Below, piece after piece: positions 18,452 to 27,922 of a stretch of DNA of 64,000 bases. Origin of the DNA: a bacterium (GTDB taxonomy: Bacteria > UBA8248); contig CBDCRP010000002.1 of assembly GCA_965221165.1 (NCBI GenBank), positions 1,216,001-1,280,000 on the forward strand, read 5' to 3'. The notes beneath the pieces are model-generated. The model did no database searches and was not told the DNA's origin. It saw nothing but the letters and a program-made list of their open reading frames with translations. The position numbers and the translations under genes are program-made. The first letter of the stretch is position 1. Each line of letters starts with the position of its first letter.

Positions 18452-20032
18452 TTAAAGTCCTTTTTCGATGAGGTATTCCACCGGATTGTAATCATCCGTC
18501 AAAACCGGGCCGTAAAGTCGCGCACCCGGCGGGGCCACGCGCGCGTGCGCGGCGAATTTGAACCTCGGGTCGCGGCGTATCATCTCGCGGACGCGGCGGA
18601 AACGGCCCGCATCCTCATCACGAAACCCGAAGATCAGAATGTTCTGCGCCATTGCGGGGGTCGTCGGGTCCGTGCTGTAAATAAAAATCTCCGGAAACAC
18701 CGATTTCATGGTCCGGTAGACGGATGCGTATATCGCCCCGCCCGCACCCGCGCGGTAGCCGATCAGATTCAGCATGAATACGCCGCCGGGCGCCAGACGC
18801 GCGCGCGCTTCTGTGAAAAACTCCTGCGTGATCAGATGCGGCGGTATGTTCCTCAAACCCCGGTAGGCGTCACCCACGATGAAGTCGTACCTCTCACCAG
18901 ACGACCGGAGAAGGCGCCTGCCGTCTCCCACCAGGGTCTTGAGCTTCGGAAAATTCTTAAGCCTGAAAAACTTACGCCCCGCCTCGACGACGTCCGCATC
19001 GAGTTCGGCCACGGCGATAGACATCTCCGGCTTCATGAGATGGAGCGCCTTGGGCATCGTGAAAGCGCCGCCGCCGATGAAAATCGCGCGCTTCATGTGG
19101 GGCGCGAACAGCGGTCCCAACTCCAGAAAGCGCGTGTAATCATAAAAAAACTTCTTGTCGTCACCCACCACCATCGCCCCTTCGGGCTGATGATCCAGGT
19201 ACAACTCGCGCACCCGTACGCCGTCCGCCTCGGCCCTCTCGAACACGCGAATCATGTGGTACATGTTCTCGCGCACCCACACCGTATCCTTCCCGACGCC
19301 GGGGATGACGCCCAGCCACGCAGCGCCCGTCAGCATCGAGAGAATGACGAAGGCTGCCAGAAACAGGTTTGCCCGCGCGTTTCGCTTTGAGAAGAGGGAC
19401 GCGAGATCACCACTGAGGTACAGTCCCAACAGCGCCGTCAGCGCCAGAGCGCCCGCCGTCGTCAGGAATATGCCGTTTAATCCAAAAAAGGGGATGAAAA
19501 CGAACCCCGTCGCGAACGTGCCGACGATACTCCCGACGGTCGACCAGGTGAAGAGGTTTCCGGTTACCGCCCCCAGGCTCCTCTCTCCCCGGGCCGCGAG
19601 TTTCACCGCGAAGGGCGTCAGCGTGGCGAGCACGCAACTCGGAGCGGCGAAGAGCAAAAGACCGGCGAACACCGGCCCCGAGCGCAGGCTGAAGCTCTTC
19701 TCCATCGTCGGTAGCAGAAACCCCCGCAGGGCCGGCACCAGAGCCACCAGACCCGCGCCGCCCAGCATGAGCATAAAAAACAGCTTGCTCGATGGCTTCT
19801 GGTCCGCGAGCCTTCCCCCGATGGAATAGCCCAGACTCAGCGCAGCGAGGATGATGCCGATCATCGAGGTCCACGTGTAGAGCGTGTTGCCGAAATGAGG
19901 CGCGAGCACGCGCCCCGCCGCGATTTCCATGACGAGAATCGAGCCGCCCGAGAGAAAAACCGCGAAATACAAATAGGCACTCGCCATGCTCTTCTCTTGG
20001 GCCTCTGTCGCTCGCCTGGGCTGTTTCGCCAC
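18452..20032 (-). CDS. Fused membrane domain/spermidine synthase-like SAM-dependent transferase
   Basis: N-terminal TM bundle (LAP.FG...TW...IG), then IGGG, ELD, GDGR and YDFIVGDAY; start uncertain. Confidence 0.85.
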   Translation of the reverse strand: MAKQPRRATEAQEKSMASAYLYFAVFLSGGSILVMEIAAGRVLAPHFGNTLYTWTSMIGIILAALSLGYSIGGRLADQKPSSKLFFMLMLGGAGLVALVPALRGFLLPTMEKSFSLRSGPVFAGLLLFAAPSCVLATLTPFAVKLAARGERSLGAVTGNLFTWSTVGSIVGTFATGFVFIPFFGLNGIFLTTAGALALTALLGLYLSGDLASLFSKRNARANLFLAAFVILSMLTGAAWLGVIPGVGKDTVWVRENMYHMIRVFERAEADGVRVRELYLDHQPEGAMVVGDDKKFFYDYTRFLELGPLFAPHMKRAIFIGGGAFTMPKALHLMKPEMSIAVAELDADVVEAGRKFFRLKNFPKLKTLVGDGRRLLRSSGERYDFIVGDAYRGLRNIPPHLITQEFFTEARARLAPGGVFMLNLIGYRAGAGGAIYASVYRTMKSVFPEIFIYSTDPTTPAMAQNILIFGFRDEDAGRFRRVREMIRRDPRFKFAAHARVAPPGARLYGPVLTDDYNPVEYLIEKGL

Positions 20033-20194
20033 CACCCGCTCCTCGAAAAAACGAAAGCCGCACTCTATGGCACTCCAAGCACGGAGGCAAGCCTGGGTTC
20101 CGCCTGGATTTTTTCGGGTCGATGCCGCATAAATGGAATGAAATTCGCGCAGAACAGCGCTACATGGGCTTTTCCTCAAAAAGAGAACGACGAC

Positions 20195-20884
20195 TTGGCC
20201 TCCGATAAGGTATATCCATCATCCAAAGCCGCCATCGCCGATATACCCGATGGCGCCACCATTCTGCTCGGCGGGTTCGGCGGCGCGGGAATCCCGGAAA
20301 ACCTCCTGGCCGCCATGGCCGATCATCCCGCGCGCGATTTGACCGTCGTCACCAATCACGCGGGCTTCGGCGAGCGCGGCCTCGCCGTTCTGCTCAGACA
20401 GGGTAAGGTGAAGAAGATCATTTGCAGCTACGCCTTCCACAGAAGCGCGTTCGTGTTCCGGGAGTTGTTTCTGGAGGGAAAAATCGAGCTCGAACAACTC
20501 CCCCAGGGGACCATGGCCGAGAGAATCCGCGCGGCGGGCGCAGGCGTTCAAGCCTTCTACACGCCCACCGGCGTCGGCACGCAAGCCGCCGAGGGCAAGG
20601 AGACCCGCACGATAAACGGACGCGAGACCGTGCTCGAATATCCCCTCCCCGGTGACGTCGCCATCATCAAGGCGTATCGGGCCGACAGTACGGGAAACCT
20701 CACCTACCGGGGCACGGCGGGTAACTTCAACCCCGTCATGGCGACGGCCGCTCCGCTCACCATCGTCGAGGTGGAGGAAATCGTGGCCCCCGGCGTCATC
20801 GCGCCCGAAAGCGTGCACACACCCTCGATATACGTGCAGAGAGTCGTGAGAGGAGAAGACCTTGGCCTTCGATCCGAGACTTAA
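20195..20884 (+). CDS. 3-oxoacid CoA-transferase subunit A (PcaI/ScoA-like)
   Basis: GGFG..GIPE, PQGT.AERIRA.GAG..AFYTPTG.GT, NFNP.MA.A; start uncertain. Confidence 0.9.
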   Translation: MASDKVYPSSKAAIADIPDGATILLGGFGGAGIPENLLAAMADHPARDLTVVTNHAGFGERGLAVLLRQGKVKKIICSYAFHRSAFVFRELFLEGKIELEQLPQGTMAERIRAAGAGVQAFYTPTGVGTQAAEGKETRTINGRETVLEYPLPGDVAIIKAYRADSTGNLTYRGTAGNFNPVMATAAPLTIVEVEEIVAPGVIAPESVHTPSIYVQRVVRGEDLGLRSET

Positions 20885-21557
20885 AAGCTGCACCCTCAAG
20901 CCGGCTGACATCGCGCGGCGCGTGGCGGCGGAACTGCCAGACGGCGCGGTGGTGAACTTAGGGATAGGCGTGCCCACGCTGGTGGGGAATTACGTGGAAG
21001 CCGAGCGCGGCGTGATGTTCATGGCGGAAAACGGAATCATCGGCGCAGGCCCCAGGCCCGAGGCCGGCCAGGAGGATAAGGATTACATCAACGCATCCAG
21101 AGAACCCATCACCACGCTTCCGGGCGCCTCGGTGTTCGGACACGCCGACGCCTTCGCCATGATACGCGGCGGCCACATCGACATCGCCGTCATGGGCGCG
21201 CTGCAGGTTTCCGCGCGCGGCGATCTGGCGAACTGGACGGTTCCGGGCCTGGGCAAAGGAGGCATCGGCGGCGCGATGGATCTGGCCGCGGGCGCGCGCG
21301 AGGTTTACGCCGTCATGACCCACACCATGAAAGACGGCGGCCTGAAACTCCTGGAAGAATGCTCCTACCCCCTCACCGCTAGGGGCGTGGTCACCAGGCT
21401 GTTCACCGACATCGCGTTCATCGAGTTCACGCCCGAGGGCCCGCTTCTCAAAGAGGTGGCCGAAGGCCTCACGAAAGACGACGTGCAGGAAGTGAGCGAG
21501 CCGAGGCTCATCACAAACGGGCCGCTCGGCGTATTGACGCGCGAGGATGCGCCATGA
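20862..21557 (+). CDS. 3-oxoacid CoA-transferase subunit B (PcaJ/ScoB-like)
   Basis: VNLGIGVPT, ENG, FAMIRGGHID, GDLANW, GGAMDL. Confidence 0.9.
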   Translation: MAFDPRLKSCTLKPADIARRVAAELPDGAVVNLGIGVPTLVGNYVEAERGVMFMAENGIIGAGPRPEAGQEDKDYINASREPITTLPGASVFGHADAFAMIRGGHIDIAVMGALQVSARGDLANWTVPGLGKGGIGGAMDLAAGAREVYAVMTHTMKDGGLKLLEECSYPLTARGVVTRLFTDIAFIEFTPEGPLLKEVAEGLTKDDVQEVSEPRLITNGPLGVLTREDAP

Positions 21558-22774
21558 CGCGCGCGGGCAGCGGCCTCTCGTCCAATCCCGACTCTCTGGC
21601 CGCTGCGCGCGAAGCGATAGAAGAAGCCATGGCGGAGGCGCGTCTCGACGCCGCCTCTCTCGTCTTTTTATTCGTGACGCCCGGGCATCTCAATAGATGG
21701 CCCGAAATCGTCGCCGCCGTCGCCGAGGGTGCGCGCGGCGCGCGAATCGTGGGGTGCACCGGCTTCGGCGTCATGACGGCGCAGGGTGAAATCGAGCGAA
21801 CGCCGGGAATCTCGATTCTGGCGGTCGGCGGCGACGCCCCGCCCGCAGCACCTTTTCTGGTCGAGGGCTTGGGGAGTGCGCCTCTTGAGTGCGGTCGCGC
21901 CATCGGCCGGGCGGCGAAAAAAGACTTAGGCGATGCGCTCTCTCACGGGAGTCCACCCCTCGTCGTCATCATGCCCGATAGTTATCACCTCCGCGCGGAA
22001 GCGCTTTTCCAGGGAATTCACGAGGAACTCGGAAGCGAGGCCATCATCGTGGGAGGAGGCGCCGCGGAGGACGGCTCGGCCGGGAGAACTTTTCAGTTCC
22101 TGGACGGACAGGTGCAGACCGACGCCGTATCGGGCGTCGTGTTCGCGGGCGCGCCGAAGCGATTCATCGGAATATCCCAGGCCTATCTGCCGACCGGCGA
22201 GCCCAAACTCATCACGCGGGCGGAGGAGAACGTGGTCTGGGAAATCTCCGGGGAGCGCGCGTTCGACGCCTTCGCCGAAGCCGCGGGCCCGGAATGGATG
22301 GAGAACATCCAGCACGCCGCCATGAACCTGTTCATCGGCATTCCGGGAGATCTGGACAAGGTCGTCCTCGATCACGGCGAGTACATCGTGCGGCCCATCG
22401 TGGGCGCGGACGAGGAGCGGGGAATCATCGCGCTGCCAACGCCGGTGCAAACCGGCCAGGCCATCACTTTCGCCAAGCGGGACGGGCGTCGCGCGCGCGA
22501 CGACCTCCGCACGATGCTGGAAAAAGGGGCGCGGCGCTTCTCCACTCCCCAGGGAGAAAACGCGCGCGCGTTCGGCCTTTATTTCAATTGCGCGGGCCGG
22601 GGCAGTTCCCTCTATGGGGAGACGGATGTGGACGCGGGCGCGATTCGAGAGAAGATGGGCGGGTTGCCCGTCGCGGGTTTCTTCACCGGTTCCGAGATTG
22701 CGCCCATCGGAGAAATCGACCACCTTCACCAGTATTCCGGAGTCCTGGTGCTACTGGGAGAGGACACGGATTAA
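21554..22774 (+). CDS. FIST N/C domain protein
   Basis: IVGCTG.G, VGG.A, ISQ...P.G, YFNC.GRG, GFFT..EIAP. Confidence 0.85.
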   Translation: MTRAGSGLSSNPDSLAAAREAIEEAMAEARLDAASLVFLFVTPGHLNRWPEIVAAVAEGARGARIVGCTGFGVMTAQGEIERTPGISILAVGGDAPPAAPFLVEGLGSAPLECGRAIGRAAKKDLGDALSHGSPPLVVIMPDSYHLRAEALFQGIHEELGSEAIIVGGGAAEDGSAGRTFQFLDGQVQTDAVSGVVFAGAPKRFIGISQAYLPTGEPKLITRAEENVVWEISGERAFDAFAEAAGPEWMENIQHAAMNLFIGIPGDLDKVVLDHGEYIVRPIVGADEERGIIALPTPVQTGQAITFAKRDGRRARDDLRTMLEKGARRFSTPQGENARAFGLYFNCAGRGSSLYGETDVDAGAIREKMGGLPVAGFFTGSEIAPIGEIDHLHQYSGVLVLLGEDTD

Positions 22775-22811
22775 GAAAAAAAATTCCTCATCATTCACGG
22801 GAGCGGGTCTT

Positions 22812-23240
22812 ATGGGATACAGCACGGGAAACATCATCATCACCACCCTGCATGTTCTGAGCGCCATTCTGGCGGTCGGCGGCGTGGCCTTTCTTCGTTT
22901 CGTGGTCATCCCGACGGCGGCGTCATTGCCGGAAACCGAACGGGGGCCCTTCATGGGGAAAATCCAGAAGAGATTCGTCCCGATTCTGCACGGATCGTTT
23001 CTCATTCTGATACTGACGGGGCTTCACCACGTCACCCGCCTCGTGCGGAGCGGCCTCGCCATTCCGGGATCGCTAGTCGTGAAAATCATCCTGGCGCTCG
23101 TCATCATCTTCGTGGGCGTCGCGCTCACTATCCCGAGAGGCTTCGAGGGCATGAAGGCGCAGCGCAAGACGTGGCTCCTGGTCAACTTGATCCTCGCCCT
23201 CATCGTCGTCTATCTGGGCATTTCGGTCACCCACGGCTAA
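22812..23240 (+). CDS. Small 4-TM membrane protein (CopD-like)
   Basis: LHVLSAI.AVGG..F, ILTG, KI.LA; four hydrophobic segments. Confidence 0.6.
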   Translation: MGYSTGNIIITTLHVLSAILAVGGVAFLRFVVIPTAASLPETERGPFMGKIQKRFVPILHGSFLILILTGLHHVTRLVRSGLAIPGSLVVKIILALVIIFVGVALTIPRGFEGMKAQRKTWLLVNLILALIVVYLGISVTHG

Positions 23241-23264
23241 GGGTTTCATAGGAGAGCGCAGGCG

Positions 23265-24266
23265 ATGCGGGCAGGCTGGTACGAGCGCAAGGGCGGGGCA
23301 CGCGAGGTCATCGAAATCGGGGAGATGGAAGCACCCGAACCCGCTCCCGGGGAAATCAGGGTGAGGCTTCACGCCTCAGGCGTGAATCCGACGGACTGTA
23401 AGCGCCGCGCCGGTCACGGGGCCGAGGATTGGGGCTATTTCGAGCATTTTCCGGATTACCCGAGAACCATCCCGAACAACGACGGCGCAGGCGTCGTCGA
23501 TAAACTCGGACAAGGCGCCGCCGGACATGAGGTCGGCGCGCGGGTATGGGTCTACAACGCGCGCTACAAACGCGCGTTCGGCACATCGGCGCAATACGTA
23601 TGCCTGCCCGAGGAGTTTCTGGTCCGCCTGCCGGAGGAAACCACCTTCTCAGAAGGAGCGTGCCTCGGCATTCCCGCCATGACGGCGCACCGGTGCCTGT
23701 TTGCGGACGGCCCCACCACAGGCAAAACGGTGCTGGTGACCGGCGGTGCGGGCCGCGTGGGAACCTACGCGGTGCAACTGGCGAAATGGGGAGGTGCGAG
23801 CGTCATTGCCACGGTGAGTTCAGACGCCAAGGCGGAGCGCGCGTCTTCCGCCGATCATCTCATCAACTACCGCGAAGAAGACGTCGCAAAAAAGATACTG
23901 GAGATCACCGACGGTGTGGGCGTGGACCGCGTCGTGGACGTGAACCTGGGCGTGAACTGGGAGACGAACTACAAAATCCTGAAAATCGGCAGCGTCATCG
24001 CCTCTTATTCCTCCATGGGGGATCGCATGCCCCGCTTTCCCCACTACGAACTCATGCTGAACAACATCAACATCCGCCTGGTGATGATCCACTGCTGCCC
24101 GCCCGACGCTCTGGCCCAGGCGGGGAGAGACGTCACCCGCGCGATAGACGATGGCGCACTCTCCCACCACATCGCGGAGCGTTTCCCGCTCGATGACCTG
24201 GCAGGCGCGCACGAGGCCGTGGAAGTGGGTGAGGCGGTAGGCAACGTGATAGTGGAAATCGATTAG
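23265..24266 (+). CDS. NADPH:quinone reductase (MDR family)
   Basis: SGVNPTD, DGAG, GIPA.TA, VLVTGGAG.VG. Confidence 0.9.
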   Translation: MRAGWYERKGGAREVIEIGEMEAPEPAPGEIRVRLHASGVNPTDCKRRAGHGAEDWGYFEHFPDYPRTIPNNDGAGVVDKLGQGAAGHEVGARVWVYNARYKRAFGTSAQYVCLPEEFLVRLPEETTFSEGACLGIPAMTAHRCLFADGPTTGKTVLVTGGAGRVGTYAVQLAKWGGASVIATVSSDAKAERASSADHLINYREEDVAKKILEITDGVGVDRVVDVNLGVNWETNYKILKIGSVIASYSSMGDRMPRFPHYELMLNNINIRLVMIHCCPPDALAQAGRDVTRAIDDGALSHHIAERFPLDDLAGAHEAVEVGEAVGNVIVEID

Positions 24267-24274
24267 GCGGAGAA

Positions 24275-25498
24275 TCAGGCGACGCCCAGTTTCTTAAGTC
24301 CGGACTCCAGGGCGTCGAGCGTCTTGTCGATCTGCGCTTCGGTGTGCGTCGCCATCAAGGTGGCTCTGAGCCTGCTCGTACCCTCGGGCACCGTGGGCGG
24401 GCGAATGGCCAGCAGATAAACGCCCGCCTCCATCAGGTATTCCGCCAGCTTAAGTGTTTTTTCCGTATCCTTGATGATGATGGGGAAAATCGGAATCTCG
24501 GCCCCCGGCGGCGGATCGCTCACCCGGATACCAACGTAGCGCAATCCGGCGCGAAAGCGCGCGCACAGGGCCCCCAGATTCTCCCGGCGGCGTTCCCCCT
24601 CGGCCCCTTGCGTGATGCGAATAGCGGCGCGAGAGGCGGCGGCGACGGCGGGCGGGAGGCTCGTCGAGTAGATATAGGGCCGCGCCTTGTTGATGAGATA
24701 ATCCACCACATTGGAATCCGCGCACGCGAACGCGCCATAAGAGGCGAGTGCCTTGCCCAGCGTGCCCATGGATACCGAAACTTCATCCTCCACCCCGAAA
24801 TAAGCACCACTTCCCCTGCCGCCCTCTCCCAGAACCCCCGTGCCGTGGGCGTCGTCCACCACGAGCATCGCGCCGTATTTGCGCGCGAGGGAGCAGATTC
24901 CGGGCAGCGGGGCCAAATCGCCGTCCATGCTGAATACCCCGTCCGTCACGATGAGCTTTCGTCGCGCGCCGGAGGCTTTCTTCAAGGCGTCTTCCAGGTA
25001 ATTGAGATTCGCGTGCGGGTAGACGTGGATCCGCGCCCTGGAGAGCCTGCAGCCGTCCACGATGCTCGCGTGGTTGAGCGCATCGCTGAAAACGGCGTCC
25101 CCCTCGCCGGCCAGAGCCGTGATGAGTCCTAAATTCGCCAGAAACCCCGAACCGAATACGAGGGCGGCGGCCTTTCGCTTGAAGGCGGCCAACGCACTCG
25201 CCAAGTCCTCGTGCGCGGCCATGTGGCCGGAAATCAGCGGGGAGGCTGCGCCGCTCGCGCCCGAGGTCCGCACGGCCTGCACGGACGCCTCTATGAGCGC
25301 AGAATAGCTGGCGAGGCCCAGATAGTTGTTGCTCGAGAGGTTGATGAGGGTTTTGCCGCCATGACGCATGGTCGGTCCCTGCATCCCCTCTATGGTGCGC
25401 AAACCCCGGCGCAGGTTGGCGCCCGAGAGTTCGCGCAACTCATCATCGAGCTGCGCCTTCCAGTGCTGTGGAGTGATTTCTTCGCGCGCTTTATCCAT
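24275..25498 (-). CDS. bioF: 8-amino-7-oxononanoate synthase
   Basis: SSNNYLGL, NHASIVDG, DGVFSMDGD, DDAHG, GTLGKA, IRPPTVP. Confidence 0.9.
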   Translation of the reverse strand: MDKAREEITPQHWKAQLDDELRELSGANLRRGLRTIEGMQGPTMRHGGKTLINLSSNNYLGLASYSALIEASVQAVRTSGASGAASPLISGHMAAHEDLASALAAFKRKAAALVFGSGFLANLGLITALAGEGDAVFSDALNHASIVDGCRLSRARIHVYPHANLNYLEDALKKASGARRKLIVTDGVFSMDGDLAPLPGICSLARKYGAMLVVDDAHGTGVLGEGGRGSGAYFGVEDEVSVSMGTLGKALASYGAFACADSNVVDYLINKARPYIYSTSLPPAVAAASRAAIRITQGAEGERRRENLGALCARFRAGLRYVGIRVSDPPPGAEIPIFPIIIKDTEKTLKLAEYLMEAGVYLLAIRPPTVPEGTSRLRATLMATHTEAQIDKTLDALESGLKKLGVA

Positions 25499-25629
25499 CT
25501 GGTCATTGTAGAAAACAAAAGCGCGCCCGAAAAGCCGAGGGCGGCGAAACTCTTGCGCCGCCGGCGCAATGGTGTCATTTTCTGAAAGATCGTGGTGGTA
25601 CGGACTCATCTCGACTGAAAGGGGCTCAC

Positions 25630-26004
25630 TTGAACTGGCTTTGGGTGGCGGGCGGCGGCGCAATCGGCAGCGCGCTGCGCTACGGACTCGCACTCTTCGT
25701 GCAAAGATCGCTGGACGCGAGCTGGCCATTCGGCACACTGATGGCCAACCTCATCGGCTCGTTCGTAATCGGGTGCATGTTCGAGTTGCTCGTCTCCAGG
25801 GAATCGCTCGGCGAGGAGGTCCGCCTGTTCGCCATGGTAGGGCTCCTGGGCGGATTCACCACGTTTTCCGCCTTCAGCCTGGAGACCCTCCTCATGTTCC
25901 AGGAAGGCGACTGGCTTCTGGCCGCGTTCTACGTCGCGCTCTCGGTCGCGGGGTGTCTCATCGCCGTCTGGGCGGGGTTTCAGTTCACTGCCGCGCTCGT
26001 GTGA
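25630..26004 (+). CDS. crcB: Fluoride efflux channel Fluc
   Basis: GGAIG..LRY, GTL.AN..G.F, GGFTTFS.F..E. Confidence 0.95.
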   Translation: MNWLWVAGGGAIGSALRYGLALFVQRSLDASWPFGTLMANLIGSFVIGCMFELLVSRESLGEEVRLFAMVGLLGGFTTFSAFSLETLLMFQEGDWLLAAFYVALSVAGCLIAVWAGFQFTAALV

Positions 26005-26117
26005 ATGACAAGGAACCTATGTCCACCTGAAAATCAGATGAAACGCACACGTTGTCCACATCTTATCCACGAACGTTCCACGCGCCCGGCGGAAGCAGAT
26101 GTGCGCCGCATGATCCA

Positions 26118-26903
26118 TTAGATCGAATACCACTCTCCCCCGTCGACCTGTAAGGCCGCGCCGGTGATGTAGCTCGCGCGCTCGCTAGCGAGAAAAGCCA
26201 CCGCCGCCGCGAATTCTTGCGCCTCTCCCAGGCGGCCGATGGCGATGTCCTTCACCACCTCCTCGTAGACTTCTTCCTCGGTGCGGCCGCTTTCTTGGGC
26301 CATCTTCGCGATGCGCTCGGGCCAGTGGGTGGAAAACCGCCCCGGGTTCACGATGTTCACTAGAATCCCGTCGCGTACGAACTCACCCGCCAAGGACTTC
26401 GTGAAGTTGAGCAGCGCCGCCTTCGATGCGTTCGAGACCACGCGGCGGGGCCGGGGCTGGCGGCTGCTCGTGGAGCCCGTCATGATGATGCGGCCCCACT
26501 TCTGTTTTTGCATGTAGGGAATCACCAGACGGCTGAACTCGGACGCCGCATAGAGAATGCTGCCCATCGATCGCTCCCAGTCGGCGCGCTCGACATCGAG
26601 AAAATCCTTGGTCGTGCTCACCCCTGCGTTGCTCACGAGAATGTGGACGGTCCCGAAAAGGGCGACGGTCTCCTCCACCACGCGGGCAATTTCTTCAAGG
26701 ACGCTCACGTCGCAGCGCATGGCGTGCACCACGCCCTCCGAGACCGCTTGAATCTCCTGTTTGGCCGCCGCCAGGCGCTCCTCGTCCCGCGCGCAGATGC
26801 AGACGTCGCAGCCTTCTTGTGCAAGTTCCTTGGCTATGGCAAGGCCCAGGCCTGCGCTCCCGCCGGTGATGATGGCGGCTTTACCTGTAAGTCCCAAATC
26901 CAT
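26118..26903 (-). CDS. SDR oxidoreductase, atypical subgroup
   Basis: TGGSAGLG, SNAG, ASYITG..L.VDGG; SNxxK in place of YxxxK. Confidence 0.9.
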   Translation of the reverse strand: MDLGLTGKAAIITGGSAGLGLAIAKELAQEGCDVCICARDEERLAAAKQEIQAVSEGVVHAMRCDVSVLEEIARVVEETVALFGTVHILVSNAGVSTTKDFLDVERADWERSMGSILYAASEFSRLVIPYMQKQKWGRIIMTGSTSSRQPRPRRVVSNASKAALLNFTKSLAGEFVRDGILVNIVNPGRFSTHWPERIAKMAQESGRTEEEVYEEVVKDIAIGRLGEAQEFAAAVAFLASERASYITGAALQVDGGEWYSI

Positions 26904-26948
26904 TTTTTCATCCTTTTTTGAAGATATGCGAAACAAGCCCGAGAATGA

Positions 26949-26977
26949 TTGAGAATGCGCATACGCCCCCTTATAAT
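26949..26977 (+). promoter_or_regulatory. Near-consensus sigma70 promoter for the CMD selenoprotein-methyltransferase pair
   Basis: TTGAGA (26949-26954), 17-nt spacer, TATAAT (26972-26977). Confidence 0.65.
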
Positions 26978-27015
26978 CCACCGATTCCACCGTTCGCCAC
27001 CCGAGAGGAGAAAAA

Positions 27016-27288
27016 ATGACGGAGCGCGCCGATTTTCGCCAGTTCTACCGCGACGCCCACAAAGTGGACCTGCTCACCGACCGCGAAAAAATCCTGATGG
27101 GCCTCGCCATCGCCATCGTGCGCAACTGCCAGCCGTGAGTGGACCGCCGCCTGGCGGACGCCGGGAAAGCGGGCCTCTCAGAGGAGACGCTCGACGCCAC
27201 TTTCGATCTCACCGCCGCCGTCATGGCGGGAGTCGCCCAGAGCATGAACCAGCGCTACAAGGCGTCCCGAAACCAGAGCGACTCCTAG
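27016..27288 (+). CDS. Carboxymuconolactone decarboxylase/AhpD-like protein with CxxU; candidate selenoprotein, 90 aa
   Basis: RBS GAGGAG; MTERADFRQFYRDAHKVDLLTDREKILMGLAIAIVRNCQP-TGA(27136-27138)-VDRRLADAGKAGLSEETLDATFDLTAAVMAGVAQSMNQRYKASRNQSDS-TAG; the CMD pattern spans the TGA. Confidence 0.8.
27136..27180 (+). promoter_or_regulatory. Candidate bacterial SECIS
   Basis: CCTGGC-GGAC-GCCGGG upper stem with the loop starting 18 nt after the UGA, CCGC/GCGG lower stem, TGAG/CTCA base. Confidence 0.55.
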
Positions 27289-27298
27289 AGACTTCGCC

Positions 27299-27850
27299 AT
27301 GAAGGACCGGTTCAAGAAATTCCTGGATTTCGACGACCCGAACAAGCTCATGCCCTGGAAGAACAAAAGCCCCGAACCACAGGGAGAAACGCCTGAGGAT
27401 CGCCCCGAGATCGCCATCAAACCGGTCTGGTATTTCACGATGTATTTCATCATCGGCGTGGGTTTCGACACCCTGTTTCCCACGAACGCCTTCCCCGAGA
27501 ACCTGCGCTTCACGCTCGGCGCGGGGCTGGTGCTCGCAGGCGCCATCCTTAATTCGTCCTCCATCGGATGCTTGAAGAGACACCATACGAACCATGAGAC
27601 GAACAAGCCCGCGCGCGTCCTCATCACCGACGGCCCCTACCGCTTCTCGCGAAACCCGATCTATCTCGGCTTCATGTGCCTTTACCTGGGGCTCGGGATT
27701 TTTCTCAACAACCTCTGGATTTTCGTTCTGGGCGCGCCGTTGTTCATCACGGTCCAGGCCGTGATCGTCGCGCGCGAGGAGGATTACCTCGCGGGAAAAT
27801 TCGGTGAGGAATATAGCGACTACTGCCAGAGCGTGCGCCGCTGGCTCTAG
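27299..27850 (+). CDS. Isoprenylcysteine carboxyl methyltransferase/PEMT family membrane protein
   Basis: LIT.GPYRFSRNPIYLG, REE.YL..KFG.EY.DY...VRRWL. Confidence 0.9.
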   Translation: MKDRFKKFLDFDDPNKLMPWKNKSPEPQGETPEDRPEIAIKPVWYFTMYFIIGVGFDTLFPTNAFPENLRFTLGAGLVLAGAILNSSSIGCLKRHHTNHETNKPARVLITDGPYRFSRNPIYLGFMCLYLGLGIFLNNLWIFVLGAPLFITVQAVIVAREEDYLAGKFGEEYSDYCQSVRRWL

Positions 27851-27858
27851 CGCGCACG

Positions 27859-27890
27859 AAAAAAAGAGGCCGCCCGGCGGGGCGGCCCCT
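27859..27890 (-). terminator. Rho-independent terminator between convergent genes
   Basis: A7, then GGCCGCCC-GGCG-GGGCGGCC; the U-tract is on the minus strand. Confidence 0.75.
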
Positions 27891-27922
27891 GAACATTCTT
27901 CTTACGATTGATTCTCTTAAGA

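Noticed and set aside
25560-25629. Fluoride riboswitch upstream of crcB
   Set aside because: GCAATGGTGTC resembles the 5' part, but the closing P1 strand and the 3' pseudoknot partner are not visible
26420-26445. Missing catalytic Tyr in SDR 26118..26903 as a novelty
   Set aside because: SNxx(K/R) is a known atypical SDR subgroup
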